A stretch of DNA of 64,000 nucleotides from Chiloscyllium plagiosum (lineage: Eukaryota): contig NC_057718.1 in NCBI RefSeq assembly GCF_004010195.1, positions 62,445,928 to 62,509,927 on the forward strand, written 5' to 3'. How positions within the stretch are numbered: position 1 is the first letter of the stretch; each line of letters begins with the position of its first letter. This document shows positions 36,291-49,956 of this stretch, in pieces. Under the pieces are notes generated by a model. The model had not been told where the DNA came from. It did not search any database and saw only the letters and a program-made list of their open reading frames with translations. Position numbers and translations under genes: made by a program.

Positions 36291-37667
36291 TTCCTCCTTA
36301 TTTGTCTTTGGTGGATCTGTTTCTATGTTTCATTGGCTTTTACTTCTATTCAGAATTCATTGCCTCAGAAGGCTGTGAAGGCCAGGTCATTGAGTATACT
36401 TAAGATTGAGATAGGTAGATTCTTGACTATCAAGGGTTACAGGGAGCAAGCAGGAGAATGGGGTTGAGGAACTTCTTACCAGGTAGGACTTGAACCTGGG
36501 CCTGCCTGGGTCAGAGGTAGCGACACTACCACTGCACCACAAGAGCCCCAGCAAAGATGAGATACCCGTACAGTTTCATTGCAAACATATGCTTCAAATG
36601 AAAATACGAACATTAAACTTGTGGTTGGAAGCCTGAAGACTTGGTCAGTATGGGGAATATTCCTGTTTATATTGGTCAGCCAAGAGACCCTGACTGGACC
36701 AGGTTAACAGCCTCAGTCAAGGAACTCGCATTCTAAGAGATCAACCTGACTGATCTTGTTCCAATTACTGCACTCTTCAGCTGCCAGGCAAAACACCGGT
36801 CACCTGGAATAAATTCCAACCAAAGGTTGATGTTCACACAGAAAGCTTGATGAATCGTAACTTAATGAATGCAGAATGTTTGCCAAGTTGTTTATGCTTT
36901 GTAATCGGCAAATTAGGTACTTCACCATGGTCACTGGTGCATGTTTTCTGCAAGGCGAACTGAATTTGTGTAGACCCTTTCACTACCTCCAGGAGTTCTG
37001 AATCATTTTATAGCCGAGGTAGTACTTTTGAAATGTAGTCTCTTTTGTAATGTAGGACATGTGACAGTTAACTTATGCATAGAAAGGTCCTACAGTCAGC
37101 AGTCTGATGACCCATATTGGCTTGCCTTTGCATATCTACTAAGTTTTGAAATATGTGCAATATATTTAACAAATATGTCATATAATGGCTACTGATTTAA
37201 AATTATTGTTGTACTATATATTGACAATGGTAAATCCCACCTCCTGACTTCCATGTTGCGTTTTCTTGTATGAGTAACTTATTTTTATAATTTGGGCAAA
37301 TTGATGTTTGAAACAAACTGGATTGCTCTTTGAAAGAAATGACACTGACTTGATGGACTGAATGTTCTCCTGTACTCTATTCTGATTTTGTATGTATTTT
37401 ATGGATCTAAAGTTTAGAGGAACATCATGTTTATTTGCTTGCCTGATATAGCCCTTAATGGATTAGGCTTTGGTACTGTTAGAGTAACCTGCCTTTCTAT
37501 AAAAGACAAAACTGTATTCTCCATTCAACAATAATTTTGGTGTTAGAAGAATATATTCATGCCATGACAGTTTAATCACTCATAGGAGCACTGTTACTGC
37601 AGACTTTCCAGAAATCCATGAAGTACTTGGATTATAAGATAAACTTAACTGCTGCTTTGTTGCAGGT

Positions 37668-37835
37668 ATACTAGATTAGATTAGATTAGATTACTTAGAT
37701 TATTTACAGTGTGGAAACAGGCACCTTGGTCCAACAAGTCCACACCGCCCCTCCGAAGAGCAACCCACCCAGACCCATTCCCCTACATTTACCCCTTCAC
37801 TTAACACTATGGGCAATTTAGCATGGCCAATTCAA
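37668..37835 (-). mobile_element. HE1-type SINE 3' fragment
   Basis: (GATTA)n tail and body matching 27993-28140. Confidence 0.75.
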
Positions 37836-37939
37836 TTACAATGAATTTTAACTGGCTTTTGTTCATTTTGTTATTTTTAAAGTACTGTTATCTGTAAAAC
37901 AAAACACTTTCAAATCTATGCTATTCTTATAAAGTCAGT

Positions 37940-38910
37940 TGCATGTAGAGTGGAAGCATGGAGGCTTGTGATTAGGAGTATGCAACTAGGATTGGTTCTG
38001 AATCCACTATTATTTGTCATTTATATCAATGATTTAGATGAGAATTTAGGAGGTATGGTTAGTAAATTCACAGATGACACAAAACATAGGTGTAGTGGAC
38101 AGTGAAGAGAGTTATCTCAGAGTACAATGAGATCGTGATCAGGTGGGCCTGTGGGTTGTGAAGTGACAGATGGAGTTTAACGTAGATAACTGCAAGATAT
38201 TACATTTTGGTTAGGCAAACTAGGGTAGGACTTACACAGTTGTGCATGATCATAGTTCCTTGAAAGTAACATTGCAGGTGCACAGGGTGGTGAAGAAGGT
38301 GTTTGGCACGTTTGCCTTTATTGGTCAGAGCATTGATTCTCAGAGTTGGGACGTCATGTTGCGACTGTACAAGACAATAGTGAGGCTACTTTTAGAATAT
38401 TGCATACAATTCTGATCACCCTGCTGTGGGAAGAATATTGTTAAATAGAAAGAGTGCAAAAAAAATGTAAAAGAAAGTTGCTGGTTCTGGATGCCTTCAG
38501 TTATAAGGAGAGGCTGAAAAGGCTGGGACGTTTTCCATGGAGCGCCAGAGGCTAAGGGGTAAACTTACAGAAGTTTATAAAATTATCATGGGCATAAATA
38601 AGGTGAATAGCTGACATATTTTTCCCGGGGTAGGGGAGTCCAAAGCCAGAGGGCATAGGTTTAGGTGAGAAGGGAAATATTTAAAAGGGACCTAAGGGCT
38701 AACTTTTTCACACAGTGGATGGTGTGTGTATGGAATGAATTACCAGAGAAAGTTGTAGAGGCTGTTCAATTACAACATTTAAAAGACATTTGGACAGGCA
38801 CATTAATAAGAAATGTTGAGAGGGATGCAGGCAAATGGGGCTAGTTAAGTTTGGGATACCTGGTTGGCATGAATGAGTTGGATCAGAGGGTCTGTTTCCA
38901 TGCTGTATGG
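37940..38910 (+). mobile_element. Degraded CR1 3' fragment
   Basis: YINDLDE..SKFTDDTK motif and 3' UTR similar to 59480-61410. Confidence 0.75.
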
Positions 38911-39042
38911 TGTGCTAAGTTATTTAAAGCTCAAATCCAAAATACTCAACCGAGGCTATTTGTATACATAGTAATGCTGTTGACAGTACCTATTAACATT
39001 TTTAACTAAATTACTATTTTTCTCAGTCTAGTAGAAAACAAG

Positions 39043-39198
39043 ATGAGTCATTCGTGTTCAGTAAGTGTCCCATTTCTTTATGAGAACCGAGGATTGGTGC
39101 TGGATATGATTCTCCGCTCTTTGTTAGGAGTAGCCCAACCTAAGACTATCAACTGGGAAAGTATAGCTAGACTCATACCTGGAGTCACAGCCAAGCAG
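39043..39198 (+). CDS. SANBR: SANBR (KIAA1841) first coding exon, N-terminus and first part of the SANT domain
   Basis: Acceptor ttttttctcAG ends at 39026, ATG at 39043, donor CAG|GTACTG at 39199. Hand translation MSHSCSVSVPFLYENRGLVLDMILRSLLGVAQPKTINWESIARLIPGVTAKQ matches the recalled human SANBR N-terminus (..[33 protein letters not shown]). Absent from the ORF track because it is short. Confidence 0.9.
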
Positions 39199-40121
39199 GT
39201 ACTGTAAGTTACTGTTGTAGTCATCACTAAAGAATATTACATTAAAACGTATCAAATTAACAAATCCAATTGATTGTTGTTGGAATTATTACTTATTTCT
39301 CTTAAGGCTGGAAGCCTGTAAGATTGTTTCAAGGAATTGCTATAAAGCAATCTGACTTCCTTATGTTTAAAGTAACACCATTTATAGAAATTCTTCTTCA
39401 GTTTCCTGGCATAATTTTAGTTTGGGTCACATATAACAATGAAAATTTCTGATTGCTGTTTTCTAATAATAAATCTAATATTGGTTTCTTAATAGATTTT
39501 TTTGACAAAACATTAATAAGATGTATTACTTTATTTTTACTGTTAAAAATCACACAACACCACTTTATAGTCCAACAGGCTTATTTGGAAGCATTAGCTT
39601 TTGGAGTGCTGCTCCTTCAACAGGTGGTCGTGAAGTATAGGATCGTAAGACACAGAATTTATTGCAAATGTTTACAGTGTGATGCAACTGAAATTATATA
39701 TTGTTTGTTAAGTCTCTCATGTTTTAGAATGACTGTGTTAGTTTCAGTTCTTTCATATGTAAATCCCAAGCCTTATTTTTTGAAGTTACATTCTCAAGTG
39801 AACTTTAACAATAGATGCCATGTTAGCCAAGATAATGCACTGAGGTGTGAGGTGCCTTGTGCGAGGCTATCTGTGCCCCAATGTTCAGACTGATTCTATT
39901 TCTAAAAAAGGGATTTAAAGAATTTTACATGGATTCATGCAGTTTTACAGCAAAGTAAAATGTAATTCTGCAAGTACAAATTCACCTCACAAATTTGTGT
40001 GTGTGTATGTGTATGTGCGCGTGTAAAGGGGTATACGTCTGTGAGAGGGTGTGTGTGAGAGAGTGAGTGTATATGTGTGAATGTATGAGAGCGTCTGCGT
40101 GAGTGTATGGGTCTGTAGGAA

Positions 40122-40158
<37 letters not shown>

Positions 40159-40266
40159 AGTGCAGTGGGGTCACCTGTCGTGTGACATGAACCCAAGGTC
40201 CCATGGGGATGGCCTCAACTGGGACCTTGGTTTCATGTCACACTATAGGTGACCCCACTGCACTAT

Positions 40267-40490
40267 GTTAAAAATCACACAACACCAGGTTATAGTCCAA
40301 CAGATTTAATTGGAAGCACACTAGCTTTCGGAGCGACGCTCCTTAATCAGGTGATGAAGGATCACCTGATGAAGGAGCGTTGCTCCGAAAGCTAGTGTGC
40401 TTCCAATTAAACCTGTTGGACTATAACCTGGTGTTGTGTGATTTTTAACTTTGTACACCCCAGTCCAACACCGGCATCTCCGAATCATGA
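40267..40490. mobile_element. Nested fold-back mini-element (family B) with two inverted hammerhead motifs
   Basis: Arms 40267-40355 and 40361-40449; 12-bp TSD CCACTGCACTAT at 40255-40266 and 40491-40502. Confidence 0.88.
40363..40397 (+). ncRNA. Minimal type-I hammerhead ribozyme motif (family B)
   Basis: CAC-CTGATGA-A-GGAGC-gtt-GCTCC-GAAA-GC-TA-GTG: stem I CAC/GTG, 5-bp stem II, palindromic AGCT stem III, CUA triplet. Confidence 0.82.
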
Positions 40491-41589
40491 CCACTGCACT
40501 ATACACACATACACACACAAGTTTGTGGGGTGAATTTGTACTTGCAGAATTACATTTTATTTTGCTCAAGAACTGCATGAATCAATGTAAGATTCTGTAA
40601 ATCCCTTTTTTTAGAAATAGAATCAGTCTTAACATTGGGGTACATGCAGCCTCCCACAGAGCACCTCACACCTTCAGTGTATTATCTCAGCAGACATGGC
40701 ACCTGTTGTTAACGTTCACTTAAGAATGTAACTTTTTTAAAAAAGGTCTGAGATTTACATAAGAAAGAACTGAAACTAACATGGTCATTCTAAAAAATGA
40801 GACTTTACAAACATTGCAGGTCTTTTTCAATATACAATTTCAGTTGCATCACACTGTGCATGTTTGCTATAGATTCTGTGTCTTATGATCTTATACTCCA
40901 CCTGATACTCCATCCGATCTTATACAACCACCTGATGAAGGAGCAGTGCACTAAAAGCTAGTGCTTCCAAATAAACTTGTTGGATCATAACCTAGTGTTG
41001 TGTGCTTTTTAACTTGGTAATTCAGCACCTCCAAATCTTTACTTTTTACATTATCGAAAATCTTTAGTCTGAAAGATATAATTTAAATAGTCATGCAAAA
41101 TTAATTAAAAGCTAATTTCTTAATGGCATCTGGCCTTCATATGGGAAATAGCAAAAGATTATCATAAAAGGGAGATGTATTTGCAGAATGCTTATCTTGA
41201 TTTCGATGTTCCTTGAAATATTTTTCACTTTAGGTCCTAATGACGACAGTTTTCATCATCTTGATTACAATAGTACTTTAACATTTCCATCATTTTGGAA
41301 ACACACTGCTCCATTCTGCAAACATCTGGAGTACGGTATTCAGTTTGGTCACTGAATCTCAGGAAAGATGTATTTGTCTTGGATGAAGTGCAGAAAAGTT
41401 CAGCATGGATGATAATGGGGCTTAACGAGTGTTACGAATGCAACTTACGTTCCCTTGAATATGAAGGATTGAGGGCGATGTGATCCAAATGGTTAAAATA
41501 TTAAAATTAATTGATGAGAGATGTAGAGAAATTATTTTGTCTAGTGGAGGAATCCAGACTATGGAGGATATAATTATAAAATTTAATTA

Positions 41590-43180
41590 GGAGAAAGTGA
41601 GGACTGCAGATGCTGGAGTACCAGAGTTGAAAAATGTGGTACTGGAAAAACACAGCAGGCCAGGCAGCATCCAAGGACCAGGAGAATCGACGTTTCGGGC
41701 ACAAGCCCTTCAGGAATGAGGCTGGTGTACCAAGCGGGCTGAGATAAAAGGTAGGGGAGAGGGAATTTGGGGGAGGGGCGCTGGGAATACAATAGGTGGA
41801 AGGAGATGAGGGTGAGGGTGATAGGCCGGAGAGGGAGTGGGGGCGGAGAGGTCGGAAAGAAGATTGCAGGTCAAGAGGGCGGTGCTGAATCTGAGAGTTG
41901 GGACTGAGATAAGGTGGGAGGAGGGGAAATGAGCGGCACCACATGGACCCCAGCTATGCCTGCCTCTTCGTTGGATATGTGGAACAGTCCATCTTCCGCA
42001 GCTACACTGGCACCACCCCCCACCTTTTCCTCCANNNNNNNNNNNNNNNNNNNNNNNNNNNNNNNNNNNNNNNNNNNNNNNNNNNNNNNNNNNNNNNNNN
42101 NNNNNNNNNNNNNNNNNNNNNNNNNNNNNNNNNNNNNNNNNNNNNNNNNNNNNNNNNNNNNNNNNNNNNNNNNNNNNNNNNNNNNNNNNNNNNNNNNNNN
42201 NNNNNNNNNNNNNNNNNNNNNNNNNNNNNNNNNNNNNNNNNNNNNNNNNNNNNNNNNNNNNNNNNNNNNNNNNNNNNNNNNNNNNNNNNNNNNNNNNNNN
42301 NNNNNNNNNNNNNNNNNNNNNNNNNNNNNNNNNNNNNNNNNNNNNAACCAGGACAGAACCCCACTGGTCCTCACCTTCCACCCCACCAACCTCCGGATAC
42401 ATCGTATCATCCTCCGTCATTTCCGCCACCTCCAAACAGACCCCACCACCAGGGATATATTTCCCTCTCCATCCTTATCATCATTCAGGAGAGACCACTC
42501 CCTCCGCGACTCCCTCATCAAGTCCACACCCACTACTAACCCAACCTCCACTCCCGGCACCTTTCCCTGCAACTGCAAGAAGTGCAAAACCTGCGCCCAC
42601 ACCTCCCCCCTCACCTCCCTCCAAGGCCCCAATGGATCCTTCTATATCCGTCGCAAATTCACTTGCACCTCCACACACATCATTTATTGTATCTGCTGCA
42701 CCCGATGTGGTCTCCTCTACATTGGGGAGACAGGCCGCCTACTTGCGGAACGTTTCAGGGAACACCTCTGGGACACCCGCACCAACCAACCCAACCGCCC
42801 CGTGGCTGAACTCTTTAGCTCCCCCTCCCACTCTGCCAATGACATGCAAGTCCTTGGCCTCCTCCATCGCCAGACCCCGGCTACATGACGCCTGGAGGAA
42901 GAGCGCCTCATCTTCTGCCTAGGAACCCTCCAACCACACGGGATGAATGTAGATTTCAGCAGCTTCCTCATTTCCCCTCCCCCCACCTTATCTCAGTCCC
43001 AACCCTCGGATTCAGCACCGCCCCACAGCCGTAGTTATGTGACTGGCCAGGACTTTTATCCCAGCCCACTTGGCACACCAGCCTCATTCCCGAAGAAGGG
43101 TTTATGCTCGAAACGTCGATTCTCCTGGTCCTTGGATGCTGCCTGGCCTGCTGTGTTTTTCCAGCATCACATTTTTCAAC
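41590..43180 (+). mobile_element. Penelope-like element (family A) with GIY-YIG endonuclease region and an inverted terminal arm
   Basis: CKKCKTC..FTCTSTHIIYCICCTRCGLLYIGETGRLLAERFREH (ORF 41914); RT motif M.PSYACLFVGYVE; termini are inverted repeats. Spans an N-gap. Confidence 0.9.
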
Positions 43181-43468
43181 TAAGATTTGAATTAGGCCAT
43201 TTAAAGTGAAATTAGGAGCAGCTTTTGCACACAACTTATTATAAATCTGGAAACCTCCATCCAAAAGAGTATAGATGCTAAGATGAATGAAGCTTGCAAG
43301 ACAGAGAATAAAAATTGTTAACTGAAGGTATGGAAATGTATAAAGTGTCCATGAGTCTACTGGAAGAGCAGATTAGACTTGAGCTGCAATAAATATTCCT
43401 ATTCCTTGTGACCGGCATTATAAGTCTAACTTTGTGAATAATGACTGGTTGCTGAAATTATTAATTAT

Positions 43469-43890
43469 TGTGGTTCTGTTCGCCGAGCTGGAAGTTTTTG
43501 TTGCAAACATTTCGTCCCCTGTCTAGGTGACATCCTCCGTGCTTGGGAGCCTCCTGTGAAGCGCTTCTGTGGTGTTTCCTCCGGCATTTATAGTGGCCTG
43601 TCCCTGCCGCTTCCGGTTGTCAGTTTCAGCTGTCCGCTGTAGTGGCCGGTATATTGGGTCCAGGTCGATGTGTTTGTTGATGGATTTTGTGGATGAGTGC
43701 CATGCTTCTAGGAATTCCTGGCTGTTCTTTGTTTGGCTTGCCCTATATAGTGTTGTCCCAGTCGAATTCATGTTGCTTGTTGTCTGCGTGTGTGTAGACA
43801 GGGGACGAAACGTTTGCACAAAACCTTCCAGCTCGGCGAACAGAACCACAACAACGAGCACCCGAGCTACAAATCTTCATCCAAACTTTG
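43469..43890. mobile_element. Fold-back Penelope terminal fragment (family C)
   Basis: Matches 11554-11880 and 12715-12803; flanked by ATTATTAATTAT / ATTATCAATTAT. Confidence 0.8.
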
Positions 43891-45989
43891 ATTATCAATT
43901 ATGTTTCTTGAATGCCTCAATAAAACTGTTTACAGCCTGCACAATTTATCTATACTTCTCTGGAAAAAAAATATATATGTGAGGTAGATGATGACATGTT
44001 AGTTTTTGAGTTTGAGATTATGCTGATAAATTATTTGACAAGTATTTCTTACAGACAGAGGTCACTTGAATTCTCATTATCATAACATCTATAGTATTTC
44101 ACGCAGTAGAAACATCTGGAAATGGGGGCCACAGTTTTATTATTATTATTTTGAGTTGACTGCATCCTTCTGTCAAAGGATATTGCACTCTTGTGAAAAT
44201 TGTATGTACTATTTAAAGTTCAGAATTTACTTTCATAGCCCTGAAGAAATGTTGTTGGAGCCACAATATTTTATTTCCTAAGTGTCTGGTAATTCTAATG
44301 TCCAAGGCTTGTTATTTCAAAAAATATAATGGTGGTCATTATATAGGCAAAAAGGAAGAATCTGGCCTCTGCATCTTAATTAAACTTTTTGAACTGAAAT
44401 TTTATTTTGCATTTACACATAGTTATTTTAGCTTGCTATATTGCTAATTCTAACCATGATAGTTCTGCAGTTTCAAGGAAATAATGCTTGGCAGGGACTA
44501 AACCCTTAAGTTTTGATTGTTTTCAAGAGTGTAAAAAGTGATTTGCCAATAGTAGTAAACCTTCTCTTGTGCAGAGATGTTTCCATTGGTAGGGAAATCT
44601 CAAACTAGGAGACATAGTTACAGAATAGGAGGATGATCATTTAAAACTGCTATGCAAATGAATCTCTTTCTGCTCGAGGATAGGGAATGTTTGTAACGTT
44701 CTACCCCAAAAGGTTGTGGAGGCTAGAGATAGCTATCAGCTCCCCAGTATTTCAAAAATATGTGACGAACTGGCATGAAAGAGAAGTTGAGGCCTGAGAC
44801 TGATCAGCCATGATCTTTACAGGTTGGTGGGGCAGGCTTGAGAGACCTACTACTCTTCTTATTTCTTGTGTTTTTATGAGAACATGCAAAGTTCTGTTTA
44901 GCAGCTTGCATTTGGATGGTTTGGAAGGTAGGAGTGGAGAGCAGAAAGTGGAGCAGCTTGCTTTTTAAGTTTGTAAGCAATTTTATTTTTAAGCTGTATA
45001 TTCCAAACTGTGATTAATACGCTTTTGGACACTTAAGGGCATAAAAATATTTGAGGATAGGGAAAATGAAGTTGCATTAGCTGATCAGCAATAGTGTTAA
45101 ATGGTAAAACAGACTGGAGGAGTCACATAACCTAACTCTGTTCTTACTTCTAGTGGTGTTAAGCAGAATTACATAGCCACATGGATTGCAATACGTCAAG
45201 AGGTGTGTCACCACTTCCTTTTCTATAGAACCAAATAAAGGACAATAAATGACTTGACAGGCACATTCCATGAATGAACAAATAAAATAATTTTAAAATC
45301 AAGTTACAACTTGACCAATATTTATTTTAAGAATGGGACTACAAGAAGGGAGCATATAGAGTTCCTTCAAGTTCTTTCAGTTTTGATTAGCAGACATTGA
45401 CTTGAGTAAACATACTCAACTCAAATAACTTGATCTCAATATTTCAGAATTTGAAGTGGAGTTTGTGACATTCCAACATATAAGAGAGGCAGAGAGATTT
45501 GTGTAATCAAACTGCTGAGAGTGAGTTGACAATGTGAATGGAAGAAGTGGTGACTATGTGCAGCTCAGAGCAAGATTCTAAGACCTGATTTCTGTGAGAA
45601 TGTTCTGACACTGGAGAAGAGGCACCAAAATGACTTGGGAGGGAATGAAACTTGGAAATTCAATTATATAATTGTTAATAACAGGATTTCATACTTGCAA
45701 GGATGGTATTTGTGATTGGGTTCAAACTGAGAATCTAAAATATCTTACCAAGGTGTAGGGATAACTAAAAGGGAAGAAGAGCAACTACTCTGGGAGTGCT
45801 TAAGAAGGGAAATTGCATCTGATCAGGAAGGACCTAATTTATTGACATTGAAAATTGAGATATAAAGTTTCATTTTAAAGTGACAAGCAAAGAAGGCAAA
45901 CAAAAGAAAGTAAGAGTAGTCAGAAAACGCAAGTAAACTGTAAGAACGAATGAATGTTTTTTGAGTTATGAATATGGTAGTTATAGTGA

Positions 45990-46252
45990 TGATGTGGAGG
46001 TGCTGGGTTGGAGTTGTGTGAACAAAGTAAAAAATTACACAATACCAGGTTATATTCAAACAGGTCTATTTGGAAATACAAGCTTTCAGAGCACTGCTCC
46101 TTTGTCAGGTAGCTAGTGGGGCAGGATCATAGGACACAGGTTTATAGTAAAAAGTTCTGCTCCACTAGCTATCTGACGAAGGAGCAGCGCTCTGAAGCTT
46201 GTACTTCCAAATAAATCTGTTGGACTATAACCTGGTGTTGTATGAGTTTTAA
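45990..46252. mobile_element. Fold-back mini-element (family B), degraded hammerhead pair
   Basis: Inverted arms 46030-46120 and 46163-46252; same consensus as 40267-40490. Confidence 0.75.
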
Positions 46253-48997
46253 TATCGTTTCAGTGTGCAGAGAGAAGAGGAGAAAATGTGAGAGTGACGA
46301 ATTGTAAGCAGGGAAAATGTTTTGTGTGTGAGAAAGGACTTATGGAAATTAGAAGGAATTGTCACAAAACAGATTCATTATAATAGAAAGCTGGATGCAA
46401 ACTGCAAAGTGTGGGTAAAAACACATATGCCCAGGATTTCCTGTTGGGAGTACAATTAGAATGTCGATTTGTGAATGCCAATTTTAACAATGCAGATTTA
46501 TTTTAGCATTTCCAGTGAAACTAATTACACTAAATGAAAGTGTAGGAAAATGAGATTTGCATTCCAGCCATTAAATAAATTCTGAGATTATGTATATTTT
46601 TTAAGAATAGCCAAATGTAGTATTTCTTTAACATTCATCCAAAATTAACTTGAGGGTTTGCTTTTTATGGTTCTCCAGTTTAATGCTTTGTGATTTCTTT
46701 TAATTTTGTGATTATTCAACAGTTAGAGACCTTCTAAAATTCCACAGTTCAACACAATCTCTTTTAGCTATTTTCCTAAAGTCTGTGATCAATCTGTAAT
46801 ATCACTGATCAGAACACATGTCTGTCTCTATAAAATATCGTATGGATTATTATGATAAAGAAGAATTGGGCAGTCAAATTTAGCTATTATTACTTCATAC
46901 TGAGAAAACATTGCAGCTAAAGCTGTAAATCATTGACAATTAAATCAGAAGAAATAGTTTTGAGGTGTTCCAAATTCTTTATACAGGAAAATGAACATTT
47001 TTTAAAAAAGTGCAGTGAGAAGAAAACGTGATCTATGAGCATTTGCAGTTTAATAATGTACTTGGATTTTGAAATAATAGAAAATGACAAATGGCTTTTG
47101 ATTAATTTGGAGCTTCAAATTAATTTCTAAGTTACAACTTCAGTGATGGATGTTAAATGAGACCAATGGATTAAATCTTTTTCTTTTCTTCAGTTGCCTT
47201 TAATATGCAAAGGCTTGAGGTAAATTTGTTGCAGCTGAAACTTTATTGCTGGAACAGCACAGCAGGTCAGGCAGCATCTAGGGAACAGAAGATTCGACGT
47301 TTCGGGCACATGCCCTTCTTTGTTGCAGCCCACCATATGAATATGAAGTGATCTACATTTTACTGAAAGTCACTTTTGTAGAGTGTAGGGGTCAGAAAAA
47401 CAATGGTTTATTTCCTATCATGAACATATTTTGTTAATTCAGCTTCAAAGTAGCTACCTAGCAACACTTCATTTATTTGTTCAGTGAGTACATCGAAATC
47501 TGCTGTGTGCTAAATTGGCTATATTGTTTTCTTGGTTTTAAATATGCATATTTACTTGTTACAAATATTTTTTAATTATCAACGCCCCCTGCCAAATTTA
47601 TTTCTCAATACATTGAAAAAATGCCCAAAAACATTGCAATTCAGACAGTTGTAATGACATTTGTGTACCAGTTTCATTGAAGAGATCTCAAAACTAAATG
47701 ATGAGAATGGACAGAAAAGTTTGTTTACAAATTTACACCTATTCTGAACTGCAAAAGTGAAGGAAATGTGATTTGTACATTTTTTTGTTTTTAGATCAGA
47801 AGCTCAAAGTTATGCTTTTGAGTCATTGAGAGTCCAGGAGAAGGCTTTTGGAGAACTGAGGCAAAAAAACCCAAAAGATTCAGTGTGACTCAAATTTCCT
47901 TCATTTTTTACATTAAAACATTGTGCCATAATTTGGATAGAAATTAACCAGGCCTTCCAAACCTTAATACTTTCTAACAGTAAACAGAATAGATAAGAAT
48001 CGAATAAACAGGAAATTCTGGGAAAACACAGCAAGTCTACTGGCATCAGATGAGAGAAAACGTGATTTAATGTTTCATGCCTGTGATCTTTCATCAGAAT
48101 TACAGTTTTTCTCTTCACAGATGCTGCCAATTCTGCTATGTATTTCCAATATTGTTTTTATGTTAGACTTTTACCATCCCCAATATTTTTGTTGGAAAGA
48201 AACCAAAATTGATGGTGGAACATGTACATTGTATAGAAGTCTAATGTACACGCAATTAAATATACCCAATTAATAGAATTTAATTACATTACAGACTCCC
48301 AATTGTGGGAGGGAAATAGAAGAGGAAATGTGTAGACATCAACAAAATAAATAGGAATAATTTAGAATAATTAGATTTTAATTCAATGATTGACTAAGAG
48401 AGAGAAGAATGAAAGTAGTAAAAAGGAAATCCTACAACGTTCATTCTTTTAAGGAATATTATTACATGTTTACATAGGTAGAGACATTGCTTGATCAGTT
48501 TAGAGTGAAAAAGTAAATCAACTAGATCACGAAATGTGTGAGTACTATTGAATTTATTTTAAGCATTAAAGCAAGTGTACCAGATTGCTGTGGGGCAGAA
48601 TTTAGGAAGGAATCTGGTCATGATGAGGTCAGAAAAGAAAAAAACTTGACATTAGGGACTGATAGATCAACAGTTATTGAAAAAGAAATAGCAAAGATTC
48701 AGCTGAAATAGGTACCATAAAAAAAGAGTTTAATATTTCAAGATACTGTCCTAAATAAATGTTAGAAACTAACAAAATTGGAGAAAATGGCAAGTGGGTC
48801 TTTCTGGGATGATAGTAGTGTCCAAACTTCTGTAGAGGGAGGAAGAGAGCTTCTTCAAGGAAGGCATCCTTGTAAGAGGATTCGCAGTAGGTTGAAATCT
48901 TTGAGGACAAAGTGAGGTCTGCAGATGCTGGAGATCAGAGCTGGAAATGTGTTGCTGGAAAAGCGCAGCAGGTCAGGCAGCATCCAGGGAACAGGAG

Positions 48998-49033
48998 AAT
49001 CGACGTTTCGGGCATAAGCCCTTCTTCAGGAAT
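48998..49033 (-). ncRNA. Minimal hammerhead ribozyme motif (family A), intact core
   Basis: Reverse complement reads ATTC-CTGAAGA-A-GGGC-ttat-GCCC-GAAA-CG-TC-GATT. Confidence 0.72.
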
Positions 49034-49920
49034 GGGGAAAGTTTGTCCAGCAGGCTAAGATAAAAGGTAGGGAGGAGGGACATGGGGGAGGGGCGTCGGA
49101 AATGTGATAGGGGGAAAGAGGTCAAGGTGAGGGTGATAGGTCAGACGGGAGTGGGGGCGGAGAGGTCGGGAAGAAGATCTCAGGTTAGGAAGGCGGTGCT
49201 GAATTCGATGGATTTGACTGAGACAAGGTAGGGGGAGGGGAAATGAGGGAACTGGTGAAATCCGAGTTCATCCCTGGTGGTTGGAGGGCTCCTAGGCGGA
49301 AGATAAGGCGTTCTTCCTCCAACCGTCGTTTTGTTGTGGTCTGACGATGGAGGAGTCCAAAGACCTGCATATCCTTGGTGGAGTGGGAGGGGGAATTGAA
49401 ATGTTGAGCCACAGGATGGTTGGGTTGGTTGGTCCGGGTGTCCCAGAGGTGTTCTCTGAAACGCTCCGCAAGTAGCCGGCCTGTCTCCCCAACATAGAGG
49501 AGGCCACATCGGGTGCAGAGGATGCAATAGATGATATGTGTGGAGGTACAGGTGAATCTGTGGCAGATATGGAAGTTTCCTTTGGGGCCTTGGAGGGAGG
49601 TGAGGGGGGAGGTGTGGGCGCAAGTCTTGCACCTACGGCGGTGGCGGGGGAAGGGGCCGGGAGTGGAGGTTGGGTTGGTGGCGGGTGTGGANNNNNNNNN
49701 NNNNNNNNNNNNNNNNNNNNNNNNNNNNNNNNNNNNNNNNNNNNNNNNNNNNNNNNNNNNGCCTTCCTAACCTGAGATCTTCTTCCCGACCTCTCCGCCC
49801 CACCCCAGTCTGACCTATCACCCTCACCTTGACCTCTTTCCACCTATCACATTTCCGACGCCACTCTCCCAAGTCCCTCCTCCCTACCTTTTATCTTAGC
49901 CTGCTGGACAAACTTTCCCC

Positions 49921-49956
49921 ATTCCTGAAGAAGGGCTTATGCCCGAAACGTCGATT
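49921..49956 (+). ncRNA. Minimal hammerhead ribozyme motif (family A), intact core
   Basis: ATTC-CTGAAGA-A-GGGC-ttat-GCCC-GAAA-CG-TC-GATT; GUC triplet, palindromic ACGT stem III, weak stem I. Confidence 0.72.

Larger units (their letters stand above)
39541..41040. mobile_element. Large fold-back Penelope-type non-autonomous element (family B), ~1.5 kb, with TG/GA microsatellite
   Basis: 39541-40010 is the inverted repeat of 40503-41013; degraded hammerhead motifs at both ends (39593-39627 minus, 40929-40963 plus); inner hairpin 40160-40263. Confidence 0.75.

Noticed and set aside
36480..36550. tRNA-like A/B box sequences (also ~2027-2095, ~52000-52070 and the SINE heads)
   Set aside because: No complete cloverleaf; these are tRNA-derived SINE heads, not tRNA genes.
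39995..40160. TG/GA microsatellite with HT-repeat ORFs
   Set aside because: Simple repeat inside the family B element; no coding significance.
41710..42888. Long ORFs containing X runs (also near 11861, 23273, 49292 and 60220)
   Set aside because: Their length comes from assembly gaps (11984-12246, 23336-23653, 42035-42345, 49692-49760, 60262-60751).
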